From Verrucomicrobiota bacterium (GTDB lineage Bacteria > Verrucomicrobiota > Verrucomicrobiia > Limisphaerales > CANJSG01), in the NCBI GenBank assembly GCA_038209745.1, contig JBBQXJ010000008.1:1-64000 (forward strand): DNA of 64,000 bases, in the 5' to 3' direction. Within the stretch, counting starts at the first letter, position 1. Each line of letters begins with the position of its first letter. Position numbers and translations under genes: made by a program. Below are positions 59,885 to 64,000 of the stretch, piece by piece. The notes beneath the pieces were generated by a model. The model made no database searches. It was given only the letters and a program-made list of their open reading frames with translations, and was not told the origin of the DNA.

Positions 59885-60247
59885 TTACAGAAGCTTGGCC
59901 TGGGTCAATGCCCTCAGCAGGTCCGTCTCAACCTGCTGGCGCGACTTGGTCGCTATGCTTCGGCGAGCCACCAGCACGAGGTCCACGGATCGACCGAACG
60001 AATGACGGTTCAACCGGAACGCTTCCCTTAAAAGCCTGCGGGCCCGGTTCCGCACCACGGCCGGGCCTACTTTCTTGCTGGTGACGACACCCAAACGGGA
60101 GGCTTCCCCCGCCGGGCGTTCGGTCCAGTTGACGATCAAGCACCCGAGCACGATTCGTCGCCCGGTCGCTTTGACCCGGGCAAAGTCGCCCGACTGGCGG
60201 AGCCGACGCTCCGCCGGCAAGGTGCAGCGAGGAGCGTCAGGACTCAT
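59885..60247 (-). CDS. rnpA: Ribonuclease P protein component
   Basis: RLGVVTSKKVGPAVVRNRARRLLREAFR. Confidence 0.93.
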   Translation of the reverse strand: MSPDAPRCTLPAERRLRQSGDFARVKATGRRIVLGCLIVNWTERPAGEASRLGVVTSKKVGPAVVRNRARRLLREAFRLNRHSFGRSVDLVLVARRSIATKSRQQVETDLLRALTQAKLL

Positions 60248-60255
60248 TCAGGTGA

Positions 60256-60393
60256 TCAGACCGGAGTGAGGCGCTTGCGGCCCACGCGGCGGCGATTGGC
60301 GAGGATGGCCCGGCCGCTTTTGGAGGAGTTGCGGCTGAGGAAGCCATGCTGGCGCTTCCGGCGGATTTTCGATGGCTGATACTGGCGCTTCAT
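60256..60393 (-). CDS. rpmH: 50S ribosomal protein L34
   Basis: [26 protein letters not shown]. Confidence 0.95.
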   Translation of the reverse strand: MKRQYQPSKIRRKRQHGFLSRNSSKSGRAILANRRRVGRKRLTPV

Positions 60394-60466
60394 AAATTCT
60401 GGTTCCTGTTGACCCCGATCTGCGGAGCCCGACACCGGCCCGTCGGCCAGCGAATAAGAGCCGCGA

Positions 60467-60494
60467 AGCCTAGCAATGCCGACCTTCGTGTCAA
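60467..60494 (-). promoter_or_regulatory. Candidate sigma70 promoter of the rpmH operon
   Basis: Minus strand TTGACA-N16-TAGGCT with an extended -10 TG. Confidence 0.55.
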
Positions 60495-60621
60495 GAAACC
60501 CCCTGAACCGATTCAAAAAGAATTGGCTCCCGCGCCGCTTCGAGGCGGCGCTCATGGTCCAACCGGCCGGCATCAATCCACACCGCAGAGCGCGGGCGGA
60601 CCAATTGGCAACGCAAAGAGG

Positions 60622-62607
60622 TCAGTTGGGCGGCGAGGCGATCCACAGGCCAAAGCCTTCCGTGGTGACCCACAGCTCCCGGGTCTTGGGGTTCACCCGC
60701 ATCCAGACCACTTCGCGCGGTCCATCCATGAACTGGTCTCCGGACTTGGGAATGAAATTGAACCAGGACCGACCGCCATCGATGGACCGGACCACGGGCA
60801 CCTCCGTCACATAGTCGAGTGCTCTTCCACCCGCGTAGATGATGTTTGGGTCCACCGGATCGACCGCGACCGTCGTAATGTGGCGTTGACCGAACTGGTC
60901 CACGGGCGTCGCGAGCGTGGTCCATCGCCCTGACTCGAAAACCTTCAACGACTGCTGCGAAGCGAAGTAGCCGCGGGCCCGGAGTTGGTCGATGCCGGCG
61001 TCGGTGAACCCGCCGATGCTCGGGGTGATGCTGCGCCACGAATCACCCGCATTGGTGGAGACCATCACGGCAGTGTCGAGCCGGCCGACAAGGGGATACG
61101 GCGGCAGGCTGCCGGCCGTATAGACCGCCTCGCAGCTGGGAGTCGCCAGCCACGTCGCGCCCCCGTTCAAGCTTCGCCAACCCGGGGCGAAGAGGAACGC
61201 CGCGTTGGTGGGATGCGCCGTGATGATGTCGCCTTCGCTCCATTCCACCGGCCGCCGGGATGGATTGGACGCGGACGCCCAGGACGCCCCGCCATTGGCG
61301 GAAACCAACAACCGACGTGGCCCGGCGCCGATCGAATACCCGACGAACAAGCGCCGGTCATCCGCGGCAAAGGCCGTGAAGGCTCCTCGGTTCAAAACAC
61401 CCCGATCCACTCTGAGCAGATCCCAGGTCGCACCGCCGTCGCGGGAGAGAACGGCCTGCGATTGTTTGAGGGAGAGGAGGACGGCGTCCGTTCCCTCGCG
61501 GAACTGGAAGCCCCCGCCAAAGATAGGCTGTGGAGCAGGCGCGCCGTGCCATTTGAAGACCCCGTCGTCGAGACGTCCGATCCAGATCCCGTTTCCGCCA
61601 GAGATCCACACGGAACCATCCACATACCAACCCCAGCTCCTGGTCAGGTGTGGGTCGCCGGCGCCTCCCACTGCGGTAACCAACTGGATCCGGTTCCACT
61701 GAAGCCCAGCATCCACGGTGAACCAGACAAGCCCGTCGTTCGCCGCGATCAACATTCGCGCCGGATTGGTTGGGGAAACCGACAAGGCCCGCCAACCGGA
61801 GGGATCCGCAGGCAGCTGGATATCGGAAAGGCGGAGGAAATAATTCGCACAGTTTCGCGAAATCCAAAGCTGTTTGTCGCGGATGGCCCAGACGTAGTCA
61901 GGCGCCCGTGCGGACACGGCGATCGCTTGAACGGGCCGGAGAAACTCGAGCTTGAAGGTGAAGCCTCCGTCACCGCTCCGGAAGATTCCGCCTTCGTTCA
62001 AATTGCCGCTGGCACTATAGACGAAGAGTCCGTGGGGGGCGCCGACGAGGAGCCCCCCGGGGTATCGGGGGCCCATCGACCGCCAAGATCGACCGCCGTC
62101 CAAAGAACGTTCCACCCGACCACCTGGATCCAGCTTCCAGATGCGTTGACAGGCACCCCGCTCGCGATTGTAGGAACTGGGATCGACCACCAATTGGCCC
62201 TCGAACGGACCGCTGGAAGAATGCAAATGGCGCCAAGTAGCACCCGCATCGAGAGACTCATAAAGCCCGTGCCCGCGGACGGCCTCGGACCCGCCCGACG
62301 CCAATCCAAGAACACGAAGTGGATTCACTGGATCAAAGACGAATCCCGAAGCCCCGGGAGCACTCCAACCGCTCATCGACACCTGCCAAGTCGCCCCACC
62401 GTCGGTCGATCGAAGGACGCCGCCGGAATCAAACCCCGCGAGAAGAAGGTTCGTGTCGCCGGGACAACCCACGACACAAAAAAGCTTCGCCGAACGGGCG
62501 GCGGCCACTCCCCTGAAGTCGACTTGTCGCCAAGGCGACTGTGCCCGGACGTCGGCGGCGGTTGCCAACAGAACGACACAGCAGGCGGCTAACCAACGGA
62601 GAATCAC
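60622..62607 (-). CDS. Secreted BNR/Asp-box beta-propeller protein (GH74/sialidase-like fold)
   Basis: Signal peptide; repeated SxDGGxxW boxes (STDGGATW, SLDGGRSW, SRDGGATW, SIDGGRSW). Confidence 0.8.
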   Translation of the reverse strand: MILRWLAACCVVLLATAADVRAQSPWRQVDFRGVAAARSAKLFCVVGCPGDTNLLLAGFDSGGVLRSTDGGATWQVSMSGWSAPGASGFVFDPVNPLRVLGLASGGSEAVRGHGLYESLDAGATWRHLHSSSGPFEGQLVVDPSSYNRERGACQRIWKLDPGGRVERSLDGGRSWRSMGPRYPGGLLVGAPHGLFVYSASGNLNEGGIFRSGDGGFTFKLEFLRPVQAIAVSARAPDYVWAIRDKQLWISRNCANYFLRLSDIQLPADPSGWRALSVSPTNPARMLIAANDGLVWFTVDAGLQWNRIQLVTAVGGAGDPHLTRSWGWYVDGSVWISGGNGIWIGRLDDGVFKWHGAPAPQPIFGGGFQFREGTDAVLLSLKQSQAVLSRDGGATWDLLRVDRGVLNRGAFTAFAADDRRLFVGYSIGAGPRRLLVSANGGASWASASNPSRRPVEWSEGDIITAHPTNAAFLFAPGWRSLNGGATWLATPSCEAVYTAGSLPPYPLVGRLDTAVMVSTNAGDSWRSITPSIGGFTDAGIDQLRARGYFASQQSLKVFESGRWTTLATPVDQFGQRHITTVAVDPVDPNIIYAGGRALDYVTEVPVVRSIDGGRSWFNFIPKSGDQFMDGPREVVWMRVNPKTRELWVTTEGFGLWIASPPN

Positions 62608-62647
62608 GGGCGAAAACTAAAGTCACCCAATCGACCTGTCCACCTTC

Positions 62648-63469
62648 TCACAGCCTCCCGCAGAATGCCGCTTTGAGACATTCGAGGCTCCTGGAGGCGA
62701 TCACTTCGGCGCCCTCCTCGAACTTGAATACTTCCACCGACACCGTCCCGTCGTAACCGACTTCGCGAAGCGCGCCGGCGATCGGAACAAAGTCCACCTC
62801 ACCAAATCCAGGTCCCTTCAGATTGCGGTCGTTGGCGTGGAAATAGGCGAAGTCACCGGCGGACTCCCGGATGATCTGCGGAATCGGCTTCGGCTCGGCG
62901 CACATGGCTTTGACGTCGAGAATGACCTTCATCCCCCTGCTGTCGAACTGACGGGCGAATCGGATCCCTTCGGCGGCCGAGTTGATGAAGTTCGTCTCCA
63001 CCGGCGACAGCGGTTCGAAACAAATGATAACGCCACGATCCACGGCACATTTCACCGCGTCGCGAAAACAATCCGTGGCCCAATTCCAAGCCTGTTCAAA
63101 CTCCACCCCCGGCAGAACCTCCCGCTGCTTGGGCGAACCAACAATGACGTTCTTCCCTCCCAAATCCGCACAAAACTCGACCAGATCCACGAAGTAGCGC
63201 GCCGTGCGCGCCCGAGTCGCCGCCTCGGGATGGGTCAGGTGCATACCCTCGGTCTTGACCAGCACCCAATGGATCCCGGCGATGGCCAAACCGGACCGGT
63301 CGGCCAGATCACGGATGCGACGCCGCTCTCCGGCCCCGATATCTGTCACGTGTTGTGCGACAGTGAACGGGGCGATCTCGACGGCGTCGTAGCCGATGGC
63401 GGCCATCCGCTGGAAGGCATCCTCCAAGGTCCAACCGGCGAAGATTTCGTTGCAGAGGGAGAAGCGCAT
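62648..63469 (-). CDS. Sugar phosphate isomerase/epimerase (D-tagatose 3-epimerase-like TIM barrel)
   Basis: GYDAVEIAP, FEPL, ILDVKAM, FHAND, GPGFG, SVEVF. Start placed at MRFSLC. Confidence 0.85.
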   Translation of the reverse strand: MRFSLCNEIFAGWTLEDAFQRMAAIGYDAVEIAPFTVAQHVTDIGAGERRRIRDLADRSGLAIAGIHWVLVKTEGMHLTHPEAATRARTARYFVDLVEFCADLGGKNVIVGSPKQREVLPGVEFEQAWNWATDCFRDAVKCAVDRGVIICFEPLSPVETNFINSAAEGIRFARQFDSRGMKVILDVKAMCAEPKPIPQIIRESAGDFAYFHANDRNLKGPGFGEVDFVPIAGALREVGYDGTVSVEVFKFEEGAEVIASRSLECLKAAFCGRL

Positions 63470-63525
63470 GGCCGGCATTCTCGGAGTGGACCCGACGAGT
63501 TCAACCCCAACTTGTCGGCTGCGGC

Positions 63526-64000
63526 TTAGCGATCGTCGGGATCGGCGTCCTGCGCCTCCACCTCTTCGACCGCTTCCCGGATCAACTGTTTGAAAGCGGG
63601 CAGTCCTTGATCGAACGCGGCGGAAATCGGAAGAACCGGAGTCTTGCGGACGCGGCGCTTGAACTTCCTCAGATTCTCCTCGGCAGCAGGTTCGTCCATC
63701 TTGTTGGCCACGACAAGTTGAGGTCGGGCCAGCATCGCCGAATCGTATAGCTCCAGCTCGCTGAGAAGCTGGCGATAGTCGTCCCAAGGCTCGCGTCCGT
63801 CCGTGCCGGCCATATCAAGGAGGATCACCAAGACGCGGCAACGCTTGATATGGCGCAGAAAGGCATGGCCAAGTCCGATATTGTCGTGCGCCCCCTCGAT
63901 CAAACCCGGCACGTCGCAGATCGTAAGGCGGCGGAAGTCCGCGAATTCTAGGATTCCAATCTGGGGCGTCAGCGTCGTGAATGGATAAGCGGCGATTTTG
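63526..64000 (-). CDS. obgE: GTPase Obg, C-terminal part (runs off the window edge)
   Basis: KIAAYPFTTLTP, DVPGLIEGAH..GLGHAFLRHI, ANKMD, ISA. Confidence 0.93.
   Translation of the reverse strand, partial: KIAAYPFTTLTPQIGILEFADFRRLTICDVPGLIEGAHDNIGLGHAFLRHIKRCRVLVILLDMAGTDGREPWDDYRQLLSELELYDSAMLARPQLVVANKMDEPAAEENLRKFKRRVRKTPVLPISAAFDQGLPAFKQLIREAVEEVEAQDADPDDR

Overview
GC-rich bacterial chromosomal window. PVC-type heme proteins, a PEP-CTERM protein and secreted proteins ending in an FYR motif suggest Verrucomicrobiota (inference). Core genes: acnA, metH, rpsA, tilS-ftsH, sucA-sucB-lpdA, rpmH-rnpA-yidD-yidC-jag, partial obgE, tRNA-Pro(CGG) and tRNA-Lys(TTT). Accessory genes: a secretin-PilMN-PilO-PilP-like-ATPase (T2SS/T4P-type) operon, several glycoside hydrolases and esterases, and two heme c/beta-propeller dehydrogenases. 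Four decayed remnants are present: a GDSL acetylesterase, a CoA-disulfide reductase, an AraC regulator and a mini-IS481. Most notable signals: (1) a 27-codon leader peptide missed by the ORF track, with alternative antiterminator and terminator hairpins (48666-48819), in front of an uncharacterised gene and an orphan RsmH paralog; (2) a REP-like palindromic element inserted in frame inside metH, with a weaker case in acnA; (3) a shared C-terminal FYR module on two secreted proteins; (4) a stand-alone transposase N-terminal (DUF772-like) gene. All family calls come from motif recognition by eye; no searches were run.
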